From Trichormus sp. ATA11-4-KO1 (GTDB lineage Bacteria; Cyanobacteriota; Cyanobacteriia; Cyanobacteriales; Nostocaceae): 46,371 nt of DNA. A program made the translations under genes and the position numbers. The notes under the pieces are model-generated. The model was not told the DNA's origin. It was given only the letters and a program-made list of their open reading frames with translations, and made no database searches. Where the stretch lies: contig JAHHIM010000008.1 of the NCBI GenBank assembly GCA_019358915.1, positions 1 through 46,371 on the forward strand, given 5' to 3'. Positions 19,554 to 28,358 of the stretch are shown here, piece by piece (position 1 is the stretch's first letter; each line of letters starts with the position of its first letter).

Positions 19554-19970
19554 ATGCCTAAACAGAAAAAAATAGAACCGCTAGTCGGTGAAGAACTGCT
19601 CAAAAAAGTCAAAGAGCTAGAGAACCTTAGCAAAGAAGAAAAGGCCAAGCAGTGCGGCTACTATACCGTTACCAAAAATGGTATAGAGCGCGTCAATATG
19701 ATGAAATTTTTAAATGCCCTCATTGACGCCGAAGGCATTCAATTGGACAGTACACCCAGTGCCAATGGACGTGGTGGACGCAGTGCTAGCTATAGAATTA
19801 GTGTGCAATCAAACGGTAATTTACTGATAGGTTCAGCTTATACAAAACAGATGAATCTTAAACCAGGAGATGAGTTTCTCATCACCTTAGGGAAAAAGCA
19901 CATTCGTCTCAGGCAGGTAGATGCAGATGAGAAGGAAGATATTGAAGTCATAGAAGCTACAGCTTCATAA
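19554..19970 (+). CDS. calB: Cyanobacterial AbrB-like regulator (cyAbrB, CalB clade)
   Basis: MPKQKKIEPLVGEELLKKVKEL..AKQCGY; YRISVQSNGNLLIGSAYT. The clade is assigned from recall. Confidence 0.82.
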   Translation: MPKQKKIEPLVGEELLKKVKELENLSKEEKAKQCGYYTVTKNGIERVNMMKFLNALIDAEGIQLDSTPSANGRGGRSASYRISVQSNGNLLIGSAYTKQMNLKPGDEFLITLGKKHIRLRQVDADEKEDIEVIEATAS

Positions 19971-20043
19971 GTTGTCAGTTGTCAGTTGTCAGTTGTTGAT
20001 TTTTCCACTGACTACTGACCAATGACTAATAACTAATGACTAA
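19971..20043. repeat. Heptamer tandem repeats in inverted arrangement between convergent genes
   Basis: (GTTGTCA)3 facing ACTGACT/AATGACT-type units; could act as a bidirectional terminator. Confidence 0.75.
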
Positions 20044-21904
20044 AGTATTGCAGTACTTTGCGCGTTACTGCCAAACTGCATGTTAAAGCAATTTGCTCCC
20101 GTTCTAGCAAGCCTAAAATCTGCTCATGGTTATCTCGTGCGACCACAGGCAACTGATGTAAACCACGCAGCGCCATGCGGTCTAAAGCTTCAGATAAAAG
20201 TTCATCCCGCCAAGCAAAAAGAATTTCGGTAGTACAGATATCGATGAGAGTTTGATGGGATAAATTAATCTGAATTTCAGTTGAGGAATTCGGGTAATTT
20301 TGCCATAGAGAAAGAACTTGGTTAATATCTTCTAGAGATACAATGCCAATTAATTGCTCTGCTTGGTCAATTACTAAAGCACTACGACAGCGATCGCGTG
20401 TCATTTCCATAGCAGCTTCTAACACTCCCAAAGTTGCAGGCAATTTTTTTGGGCACGATAGCACAGCATCTTCTACCAAGATTTGCTGCACAATTTCTGC
20501 TTGTTTATCTTTCAATTCAGCAAGACCAAGTTGTTGCAGATTAGAATTAGAGTTAAAGTTTGGCTTAATCCGTTCTATGAGCCATACACTTAAACCCACT
20601 GCTGCCATTAAAGGTAAAACAATCCGGTAGTCACGGGTTAATTCAAACAGCATCAAAATAGCTGTTAACGGCGCTCTCACACTCGCAGCTAAAACTGCCG
20701 CCATCCCTACCATTGCATAAGCCGGGGGAGCCGCCATCAGTTCACCAACAGCCGGAAATACAAGGGTGACAATTTTGGCATAAGCAGATCCAAACGAAGC
20801 ACCCAAAAACATTGCTGGTGCAAATAAACCACCCACAAAACCACTACCAGCACTGATGGCAGTCATTACCAGCTTGACAACCAACAAGACAACTAATAGG
20901 TGCAAAGAAAACTCCACATCCTGAAGCATGGCTTCCACAGTTTCATAACCAATACCTAAAATTTGCGGGAATCGCCAAGCTACTGTACCGAGGATAATGC
21001 CACCAATTAGGGGATGAATGGGTTGAGGAATGCGTCCCAAAAAGTCAAACCCAGGAATTAAGCCAGCAAAGCCGCTCTTTGCCAAACGCACTGATTGTGT
21101 ATAAGTTAGAGAAACTAAACTTGCCCCTAAACCCAAACCAAGATAAAGCGGTAGTTCCAAAAGACTGCGGACTTGGTAAACAGGTAAAGCAAAAGCAGGT
21201 TGTGCCCCCAAACCGATTTGAGCAATTAATGCCGCTACGACTGCGGCTAAAAGAACTACACTCACAGCAGAAGTAGCAAAAGATGTTGCCCCCATCACCA
21301 CTTCTAGAGCAAAAAATACTCCCGCAATGGGAGCATTAAATCCAGCCGCTAACCCAGCCGCAGCGCCAGCACCTAAAAGTAATCGCTGTCGCTCTTGAGA
21401 TACTTTCAGGATTACAGACAATAGCATCCCAAAATTTGCCCCAATTTCTACACTTGGCCCCTCAGACCCCAAAGAAGCACCACTCCCCAAAGAAACAGAT
21501 GCAGCTAGCATCTTCGTCACTGGTCGTAATTGTTGCTTAATTTCTGTTCCTTGGGAGGCCGCAATTAAAGATGAAAGGCCAGGGCCAAAATCTTGAGCAT
21601 ACCAGCGCATTAATCCGACAATTAATCCACCCAGTATAGGCACAAAGGCTAAAGTCCAAGCACCCCAGACACTAATTGCACTCATAAAATTTGCCAGCAT
21701 CAGGTGATGAATCAGCTCGATCAAATAGTGAAACGTGACTACACCCATTCCAGTACCACCGCCAATTAGCAAGGCGAGAAATAGCACAACAGTTTCTGGG
21801 GATAGTTGAAAACGGTTAATGAGGTGCGTTAAACGAGCAGAAGATGTAGGAAGGGTAGGTTGTTCCGTTACCTTCCTAAGTTCGGTGGGAGGCAAGAGAG
21901 TCAT
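20033..21904 (-). CDS. ClC-family anion channel/transporter with CBS pair
   Basis: GASLGSEGP, FNAPIAG and GGLFAP motifs; C-terminal CBS domains; likely start MTLLPP at 21904. Confidence 0.92.
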   Translation of the reverse strand: MTLLPPTELRKVTEQPTLPTSSARLTHLINRFQLSPETVVLFLALLIGGGTGMGVVTFHYLIELIHHLMLANFMSAISVWGAWTLAFVPILGGLIVGLMRWYAQDFGPGLSSLIAASQGTEIKQQLRPVTKMLAASVSLGSGASLGSEGPSVEIGANFGMLLSVILKVSQERQRLLLGAGAAAGLAAGFNAPIAGVFFALEVVMGATSFATSAVSVVLLAAVVAALIAQIGLGAQPAFALPVYQVRSLLELPLYLGLGLGASLVSLTYTQSVRLAKSGFAGLIPGFDFLGRIPQPIHPLIGGIILGTVAWRFPQILGIGYETVEAMLQDVEFSLHLLVVLLVVKLVMTAISAGSGFVGGLFAPAMFLGASFGSAYAKIVTLVFPAVGELMAAPPAYAMVGMAAVLAASVRAPLTAILMLFELTRDYRIVLPLMAAVGLSVWLIERIKPNFNSNSNLQQLGLAELKDKQAEIVQQILVEDAVLSCPKKLPATLGVLEAAMEMTRDRCRSALVIDQAEQLIGIVSLEDINQVLSLWQNYPNSSTEIQINLSHQTLIDICTTEILFAWRDELLSEALDRMALRGLHQLPVVARDNHEQILGLLEREQIALTCSLAVTRKVLQYFSH

Positions 21905-22270
21905 GGAGAGGCGGGGTAAATGTAAGAAAAAATTTAAATTTTTACCTGTTATTTCACATTGTGAGCCATTCTTTATCAACCAGACAAGTAAATTTGACTT
22001 GATAGCTTTACAAAGCTTTGGTTAAAAAACATTCTTTGGCTCAAAATTTTGATCATAGGAATGGTTAAATAAGAGAGAATTAATAATTAATGGTCAACAA
22101 TCGCTAGTTAAGATGCGAGGAAATGCAAATTTATTATCTGTAGATAAAATATAGGATCTGTGAACTTAGCGGACGCACTATAGGCCAAAAGTAAACAGGA
22201 GCCATCCTCACTCAAATCTAGCTATACTCGTGTTGCGGCCTGAAAAAGTGCTAAGTGCCTTTCTAAGTAC

Positions 22271-22310
22271 TGAGTGCTGAGTGCTGAGTGCTGAGTGCTG
22301 AGTGCTGAGT
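22271..22310. repeat. Heptamer tandem repeat (TGAGTGC)5+
   Basis: Five perfect copies plus a partial sixth. Confidence 0.95.
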
Positions 22311-22457
22311 AAGAATACTAGTCTCTAGCCCCTAGCTCCTTTTTCATCCGTTATTTGGTATAGACAGTTCATGACCGACTACTCAGCATTCCTTCAAGAT
22401 TCAATATTGTATAGCTATTGTTATAGAGCGCATAAATGGACTAGGCGGACGAGGTAA

Positions 22458-22850
22458 ATGAATATACACACCTTTGATAATCATTATGTTAGTTGCCCAA
22501 TTTGCCAAAGAAATGCCAAGCACAGACAAGCCAAGACATACATTGGCTTGTTTAGCTGTCCTTATTGTCAGCAAAGACTAGTAGTCTGTCGCAGTGGCCA
22601 TTATGTGCGCGATCCGTTTACGCTCAAACAAATAATGATATGTTCGGCACTACGCCGTCAAAGCAGTCCTTTAGCTAGAATTATACGGGATTTTATCCTG
22701 ATCAAGCGTCCTGTATTAAGCTTGGCTGTGGGGGTTGCTATTTTCGTAGGCATGATGACTATAACCCAACAAAGCACAAGCTACGACCAGCAACTTCCCA
22801 CAACGGAGGAAATTAAAGAAGGGGACGAGGGGACGAGGGGACATGAATAA
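22458..22850 (+). CDS. Hypothetical protein with CxxC..CxxC zinc ribbon and one TM segment
   Basis: CPICQ and CPYCQ motifs; RBS GAGG upstream. Confidence 0.78.
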   Translation: MNIHTFDNHYVSCPICQRNAKHRQAKTYIGLFSCPYCQQRLVVCRSGHYVRDPFTLKQIMICSALRRQSSPLARIIRDFILIKRPVLSLAVGVAIFVGMMTITQQSTSYDQQLPTTEEIKEGDEGTRGHE

Positions 22851-22883
22851 AAATAAAATACTTCCTCATCTCCCTCATCTTCC

Positions 22884-24503
22884 TTACAATCTATTAGTAT
22901 CTTTTGTAATCAGTGTCCAATCTTGAGCTTGATCAATCAGCTTCATGGATTCTAGTTGGAGTTTTTTGATATCAGATACATTCAGTAGGAAGTAGGGTTG
23001 TGCAGTGTAGTGCCAATAATATTGCAGTTCACCAACAGTAGCGGGAATAATGGTGCGATCGCTATAAAAATCTAATGAGGGTCTATGGTAGGGAAAAGAT
23101 GTGTAAATCTTCCTGACGGTTGGCTCTGCTCGCGATATCATGGCCGCAACTGGTTTAACCGGATAGGCTTCCCATAATTCCCAAGCCCAGTAGTTAGATT
23201 TCATCAACAGCAATAGCGAAATATAACTTCCCCAAAACAAAATTTTCAGGAATTGCCCGTCGCCTCGTTCTGCCAAGATGGCTGCTAACGTCATAGTTAA
23301 AGCTACGGCTGCAAAAATTAGCTGTAAGTCGGTTGTTGGTTCTGAACCTCTACTAAAGTAAATGCTACCAGCAGAAGCTACCACAGCCAGTATCGATAAA
23401 CCAGCCACCCAAGTACGAGGATAGGACGAGAAAATGGGCAAATTTTCTGTCTCTGCTAACTGGGCACCAAAAGCTAAAGCTAAGCTGGGATAAATCGGGA
23501 ATATGTACCAAGGAAGTTTTGTGCCCATGCAGGAAATAATTAGCAGATAAACACTACTCCATACCAGTAGGAGTTTGGCCCAGCTAAGATTGCGATTTTC
23601 CCAGATTAAGCGCAATGTTTGGGGTAAAAAAACTAACCAAGGCCATGTCCATTTGAGAATTTCCAGGATGTAGTACCAGGGTTGTGCAGACTTACTTTCA
23701 GCAATTGTCCCCATGCGGCTGAGGGATTGATTGATCAAACCTACCTGGATAAAACTGTAACCATAATGAATCAGTTGGGCGCTATACCAAGCAGCCACAG
23801 GTAAAACACCAATGAAGATGGCTACCCACAGATAGTAATTGGTAAGCAATCTTGGTGTATCCCAAAACAGAAATACAATGACAACTGCACCTAGTAATAG
23901 GCCTAATAGCCCTTGAGTAAGGCAAATTAACCCAAAACCGATGCCAATACCAAGGCAATAACGTAAATCACGGCGCGATCGCAATACACATAACATCATC
24001 ACCATCAAAAAACTTACCACTGCCCCGTCCAAAATCGCCAATCTTCCATGACGCACTACGGGCAGCATTGTCAGGTAAATCAAGGCACTATATATAGCTG
24101 CCCAACGTTGACGAAATAGCTCTCGCCCAATGCAATACAGCAATGGTACGGAAATCGCTGTTAAAATTGAGCCGGGTAAGCGCGTTGTCCATTCATTCAC
24201 GCCGCCTAAGGAATAAGCCCCAGCAATTAGCCAATGCATTAGGGGAGGTTTGTGATGATAAGGTTCACCTCCTAACGTCGGGTAAAGCCATCGCATGGAA
24301 TCTGGTGGGGCACTCCAAATTTCTCGGGCAACTTGGGCGAGGGTACCTTCATCCCAATCTTGCAGTGGTAATCCCCCTAGATTAATACTAAACAGCAACA
24401 ATGCTCCCAAAAGTAGCACTATTAGCCATACCCGATCAATCCATTTGCTAACTGCGCGATGCTGTTTTTCTAGATGACCCCAAATAAAGCTTCCTTCTTG
24501 CAT
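22884..24503 (-). CDS. ArnT-like glycosyltransferase (GT39/PMT family)
   Basis: DWDEG, KPPL, EWTTRLP and KLPWYIFPIYP motifs; many TM segments. Confidence 0.9.
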   Translation of the reverse strand: MQEGSFIWGHLEKQHRAVSKWIDRVWLIVLLLGALLLFSINLGGLPLQDWDEGTLAQVAREIWSAPPDSMRWLYPTLGGEPYHHKPPLMHWLIAGAYSLGGVNEWTTRLPGSILTAISVPLLYCIGRELFRQRWAAIYSALIYLTMLPVVRHGRLAILDGAVVSFLMVMMLCVLRSRRDLRYCLGIGIGFGLICLTQGLLGLLLGAVVIVFLFWDTPRLLTNYYLWVAIFIGVLPVAAWYSAQLIHYGYSFIQVGLINQSLSRMGTIAESKSAQPWYYILEILKWTWPWLVFLPQTLRLIWENRNLSWAKLLLVWSSVYLLIISCMGTKLPWYIFPIYPSLALAFGAQLAETENLPIFSSYPRTWVAGLSILAVVASAGSIYFSRGSEPTTDLQLIFAAVALTMTLAAILAERGDGQFLKILFWGSYISLLLLMKSNYWAWELWEAYPVKPVAAMISRAEPTVRKIYTSFPYHRPSLDFYSDRTIIPATVGELQYYWHYTAQPYFLLNVSDIKKLQLESMKLIDQAQDWTLITKDTNRL

Positions 24504-24758
24504 ATTCTATGATAATCATTTTACTTGCTGGTTTGATTACATAGAGACCAAAGTGAATCTCTAATGCTGCCACCCAGTAACAACATGTGTTCCTACAATT
24601 GCTAAGTTCCCAGGTTAGCTCAATTTTCTCTGGACAGCGATAATTTCTTGGAGAAATTTGCCTAAGTTTTTTCAATTTTTTTAACAATCATGCTTTGATA
24701 AAAATGATACAAATAAGACCAACCAGGATGTGTTAACCACTTATTGAGGAATTTGTTA

Positions 24759-26357
24759 ATGAGTTTACCTTTTATCTTAGATATAACGATTGGGTTAATT
24801 TTTATTTACTTAATTTTAAGCTTGTTAGCTTCCGAGATTCAGGAATTGATTACTACGGTTTTACAGTGGCGTGCTGTCCACTTAAAAAAATCAATTGAAG
24901 TGCTGATAGCAGGTGATGCAACTAAATCAGAAGATGACAGTGTAATCAACCTGGTTAATGACTTATACAACCATCCTTTACTAAAAAGTGTTAATCAAGA
25001 GGCAAAAGGATTTTTAACGACTTTACCTCGTAAGTTAGTTTGGTTCTTATCATCTCTTCCAGTAAAATTTTCCTTATCTGGAGAAAAAAGAACTAAAAGT
25101 ATTTTTGGATATACACAAGATGAGAAAGGAAATATCAACGATGACCAAATTAAACACAGCGCACCGTCTTATATTCCTGGGGAAACTTTTGCTATCACTT
25201 TACTCGATACATTGGGAATACCAGCACTTGTGCAAAAATTAACTGAATCAAGGTTTATCAATTTTAAAGATGAACAGTTACATGAAATACAAAGTATTTT
25301 ATTGAAATTTAATAATCAAGTAAATAATATAGATGACCATACAACTAAATTTTCAGTGGAAATCTACCAAGAATTTACAGTCATCATTGAACAAAGTTTT
25401 GCAAAAATTGTTGAAGATTTCCAAAATAACAAGACCGACTTAGTAACTAGCATGAACCGTATGGCACAAAGCCTTGATAGATACATAGAAATCTTTCAGT
25501 CAGATATGCCAGAAGATGAATTTGCTATGAAAACATTGCAAAAACTGAGATTTTGCCGGCAAGACTTATTTGATAATATTGAACAAACTATTTCCCTCAA
25601 AGGCTTACGTCCTAATATCAACGAAGTTGTGCAATTAATTAATATAGGTAGTGATGTTCATCAAGGTTTTGTCAATGAATTTCAAGACCAAGATAGTGAA
25701 GCCTATAAAACCTTTCAATACTTTAGTGAAAAATTGCAACAATTTAGACAAAAGCTGCCGCAATCTGTAGTAACCAACATGGCTATGTTAGCCAAGCGTG
25801 CCCAAACAAAAGCTAAAACTACAGAAGAAGGAATTTATATATTACAAAGAGAAATAGAAAATACGTTTGATAAATCAATGGATCGAGCTGCTGGCGTTTA
25901 CAGAAGAAATGCCAAAGGAGTAGCACTTTTAATTGGTTTTGGCATTGCGATTATCGCCAATGCTGATGCATTTCATATTGCCAGCAGATTATCAAAAGAT
26001 TCTTCTGTACGTATTGCCATTGTCAATAATGCTGGACAAATAGTGCAACAAAATACTAATAATCCATCCGGAGATTTAGAGCTTTTGAAAAAGCAAACTG
26101 AACAAGTTTTAGCAGATGTTGCCTTACCAATTGGTTGGACTACGATTAATTTAGAACAGCAAATTGACTGGAATTTAGGCAAAAAGAATCACTTTTCATT
26201 CTGGAAAATTTTAACTATGATTTTCGGCTGGTTTGTCAGTGGTATTGCAATTTCGATGGGTGCGCCATTTTGGTTTGATTTACTTGGTAAAGTTGTCAAT
26301 GTACGTAATGCAGGTAAACCACCTGCATCTTCTAGTAAAGATCAGGATGGGAAGTAG
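24759..26357 (+). CDS. Hypothetical membrane protein
   Basis: N-terminal TM (IGLIFIYLILSLLASEIQE), long helical middle, MDRAAGVYRR and C-terminal GAPFWFDLL; likely start MSLPF. Confidence 0.8.
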   Translation: MSLPFILDITIGLIFIYLILSLLASEIQELITTVLQWRAVHLKKSIEVLIAGDATKSEDDSVINLVNDLYNHPLLKSVNQEAKGFLTTLPRKLVWFLSSLPVKFSLSGEKRTKSIFGYTQDEKGNINDDQIKHSAPSYIPGETFAITLLDTLGIPALVQKLTESRFINFKDEQLHEIQSILLKFNNQVNNIDDHTTKFSVEIYQEFTVIIEQSFAKIVEDFQNNKTDLVTSMNRMAQSLDRYIEIFQSDMPEDEFAMKTLQKLRFCRQDLFDNIEQTISLKGLRPNINEVVQLINIGSDVHQGFVNEFQDQDSEAYKTFQYFSEKLQQFRQKLPQSVVTNMAMLAKRAQTKAKTTEEGIYILQREIENTFDKSMDRAAGVYRRNAKGVALLIGFGIAIIANADAFHIASRLSKDSSVRIAIVNNAGQIVQQNTNNPSGDLELLKKQTEQVLADVALPIGWTTINLEQQIDWNLGKKNHFSFWKILTMIFGWFVSGIAISMGAPFWFDLLGKVVNVRNAGKPPASSSKDQDGK

Positions 26358-26367
26358 GCTAATGTTA

Positions 26368-26584
26368 AGTTCGTAGTCAGCGGCTTTATACCATTTCACT
26401 AAAATAAGGAAACAGATCCAAACTTGGAAACCCTTGTGAAATCAGGCTTTCTTAATTTTGAATTTTGAATTGGTAATAGCCTTTTTTGCACCCTATGGGC
26501 ATAGCTTTGTTAACCGCATAGCGTTTCGCAGAGACGCTTCGCGGTAAGCGCAGCCATGCCCGTCAGGGCTTTACACTACAAACT
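26368..26584. repeat. Nested repeat cluster (MITE-like piece plus SDRs)
   Basis: GTTCGTAGT..ACTACAAAC outer ends; inner TACCA..TTTTGAATTTTGAATTGGTA (tail also at about 38621-38640); TAAGCGCAGCCATGCC..GGCTTTACA (similar copy at about 38806-38834). Confidence 0.65.
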
Positions 26585-26595
26585 TTTGGGTGAAA

Positions 26596-27921
26596 CTAAA
26601 AAATAAATATCACTCGCAAGTCCCACGCTTGATCCTGGCGAAGAATTTCAATTTGTTTAATAAATTCTCGAAAATAAAATCTGCGTTCAGCTTCTGACAA
26701 GTCTAACCAAAATTGGGGAATTGAAACAGCTTGAGCAACAGAACGTAAGTTCACCGGGGGAAGAGTCGCTAGTTTTGCTTGAAGTTGAGAAATTTCTGTG
26801 CGGAGTTTATAAGCCCTTAACTTTGCTGTTTCCACATCCAAAATTCCAGTTTCCACTAAAGCGGGTAACTGCTGGAGTATTTCTTGCTGACGGGCGATCG
26901 CTTCCCCCAAACTATTTTTAATGGCATCCAATTGAGGAAAATTCATCCCTGCTACCGCCAGAGGTAAATCCCGACAAACAATTGTAATAGTCTGTTCTAA
27001 TACTTCTTGGTAAGGAATAGCCCGACACTTAGGACGTTTAGCACAGTTAATAGGACGTAAATAAAGATACTCTTTGTCTTGAGAACGCTGGGTGACACGA
27101 GTAACTGTCATATTTGACTGACACTCACTACAGACAACCAACCCAGCTAAAGAACGCGGCGCACTCGCACTCCGAGATGGTAAACGACTGTTACGGCGAA
27201 GAATTCGGTCAACTTGAGCAGCTTCTTCCCTAGAAATTATGGGAATATGGGTGTCAGAAATGATTTCATTATTGAGATAAGCTGTATCACCACGATAAAC
27301 AGGATTAGATAGCCAACGCCGCCCAGTGGTGACAGAAATTTTCTTACCGTATTTTTTCGCCAAGTAACGCACAGCCTCCCGCAGGGAACCGTAGAGTAAA
27401 AAGTGTTCAAAAAAATCTTTGACCACTGGAGAAGTACTGCGGTCAATTATGTACTTATCTTTACCACGGCGATAACCATAGGGAGTTTTACCTGGGGGAG
27501 GTGAGGACTCAAGACGACTACGGGCGTGTCCTTGGCGAATGCGACGACTACGCTGCTGACGTTGGATTTCTTGTAATAATTTCAACAAATCAGCGCGGAC
27601 TTGAGAATTTTCTGAGGTGTAGGGTTGTTCAGTAGCAATTACCATTACCCCCATTGCTTCCAATTCATTCAAGCGATCGCTGACTTCTTCTACAGTATCC
27701 CCCAATTCTTCCAAGCGACGAATGAGAAGATAGTCTGCTGGTTCAGTTTTACAGTCTCTCAATAATTGCTGTAGTTGCGATCGCGCAGCGTGTCCAGCAC
27801 GTCCGAAAGATTCTCGCTTACCCAAATCTTGATAAACCCGATCCACCTCCCATCCCCAATCATCTTGATCAGGAAAAGGTTCTAGTAAGGGGTCAGTGTA
27901 AGTGTAGGCAATAATTCTCAT
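26596..27921 (-). CDS. Large serine-recombinase-family protein (resolvase-like + recombinase + Zn ribbon + coiled coil)
   Basis: PYGYRR, LSNPVYRG, HIPIISREE, LAGLVVCSEC and terminal REFIKQIEI motifs; no YxRxS motif at the N-terminus. Confidence 0.85.
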   Translation of the reverse strand: MRIIAYTYTDPLLEPFPDQDDWGWEVDRVYQDLGKRESFGRAGHAARSQLQQLLRDCKTEPADYLLIRRLEELGDTVEEVSDRLNELEAMGVMVIATEQPYTSENSQVRADLLKLLQEIQRQQRSRRIRQGHARSRLESSPPPGKTPYGYRRGKDKYIIDRSTSPVVKDFFEHFLLYGSLREAVRYLAKKYGKKISVTTGRRWLSNPVYRGDTAYLNNEIISDTHIPIISREEAAQVDRILRRNSRLPSRSASAPRSLAGLVVCSECQSNMTVTRVTQRSQDKEYLYLRPINCAKRPKCRAIPYQEVLEQTITIVCRDLPLAVAGMNFPQLDAIKNSLGEAIARQQEILQQLPALVETGILDVETAKLRAYKLRTEISQLQAKLATLPPVNLRSVAQAVSIPQFWLDLSEAERRFYFREFIKQIEILRQDQAWDLRVIFIF

Positions 27922-27940
27922 TAGTCATTAGTTAGTTATT

Positions 27941-27997
27941 CTCCCAATCCCCTTGTCTCCCACTCCCCACTCCCTACTCCCCATTACCCATTCCCTC
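27941..27997. repeat. STRR1-like CCCCA(C/T)T heptamer repeats
   Basis: Degenerate CTCCCCA/CTCCCTA/TTACCCA tandem units. Confidence 0.7.
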
Positions 27998-27998
27998 A

Positions 27999-28358
27999 TC
28001 ACTGCTGACTCAGTTCAATAACATTTCCATCTGGATCTTGAGTAAAGAAGGCCGCGCGACCAGAAGCACTAACTTGGATAGGATAATTTTGATCAAGTAA
28101 CTCTTGTTTAGCAATATCCAAATCAGTAACAGAGAAGGCAACGTGAGGGTTACGTCCCCATTTTTCGTGAGGGTTTTCGGTAGGGACAGTAGTTGCAACT
28201 ATCAGGTGAATTTGATGATTACCAACTTGATACCATGCACCAGGATATTTCAGGGAACGATTTATTTTAGATAATCCCAACACTTTTCCATAAAAATATG
28301 CGGATTTTTCTAAGTCAGTCACGAGAATCGCTGTGTGGAGAGTTTGAGTAATCTGCAT
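27999..28358 (-). CDS. VOC/glyoxalase family protein
   Basis: LHTAILV, HVAF and DPDGNVIEL motifs. Confidence 0.9.
   Translation of the reverse strand: MQITQTLHTAILVTDLEKSAYFYGKVLGLSKINRSLKYPGAWYQVGNHQIHLIVATTVPTENPHEKWGRNPHVAFSVTDLDIAKQELLDQNYPIQVSASGRAAFFTQDPDGNVIELSQQ

Noticed and set aside
22160..22243. Short frame VNLADAL*AKSKQEPSSLKSSYTRVAA ending like an ssrA tag
   Set aside because: Internal TAG, upstream stop and no tmRNA acceptor stem; I cannot support an ORF or RNA call by eye.
22271..22310. Tandem repeats as CRISPR or iterons
   Set aside because: Spacer-less heptamers typical of Nostocales.
26066..26072. Intragenic TCCGGA sites (also near 31384 and 40805)
   Set aside because: Inside CDSs and expected by chance.
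26596..27921. Recombinase as an xis-type excision element or prophage integrase
   Set aside because: No interrupted gene, att repeats or phage genes; catalytic motif absent.
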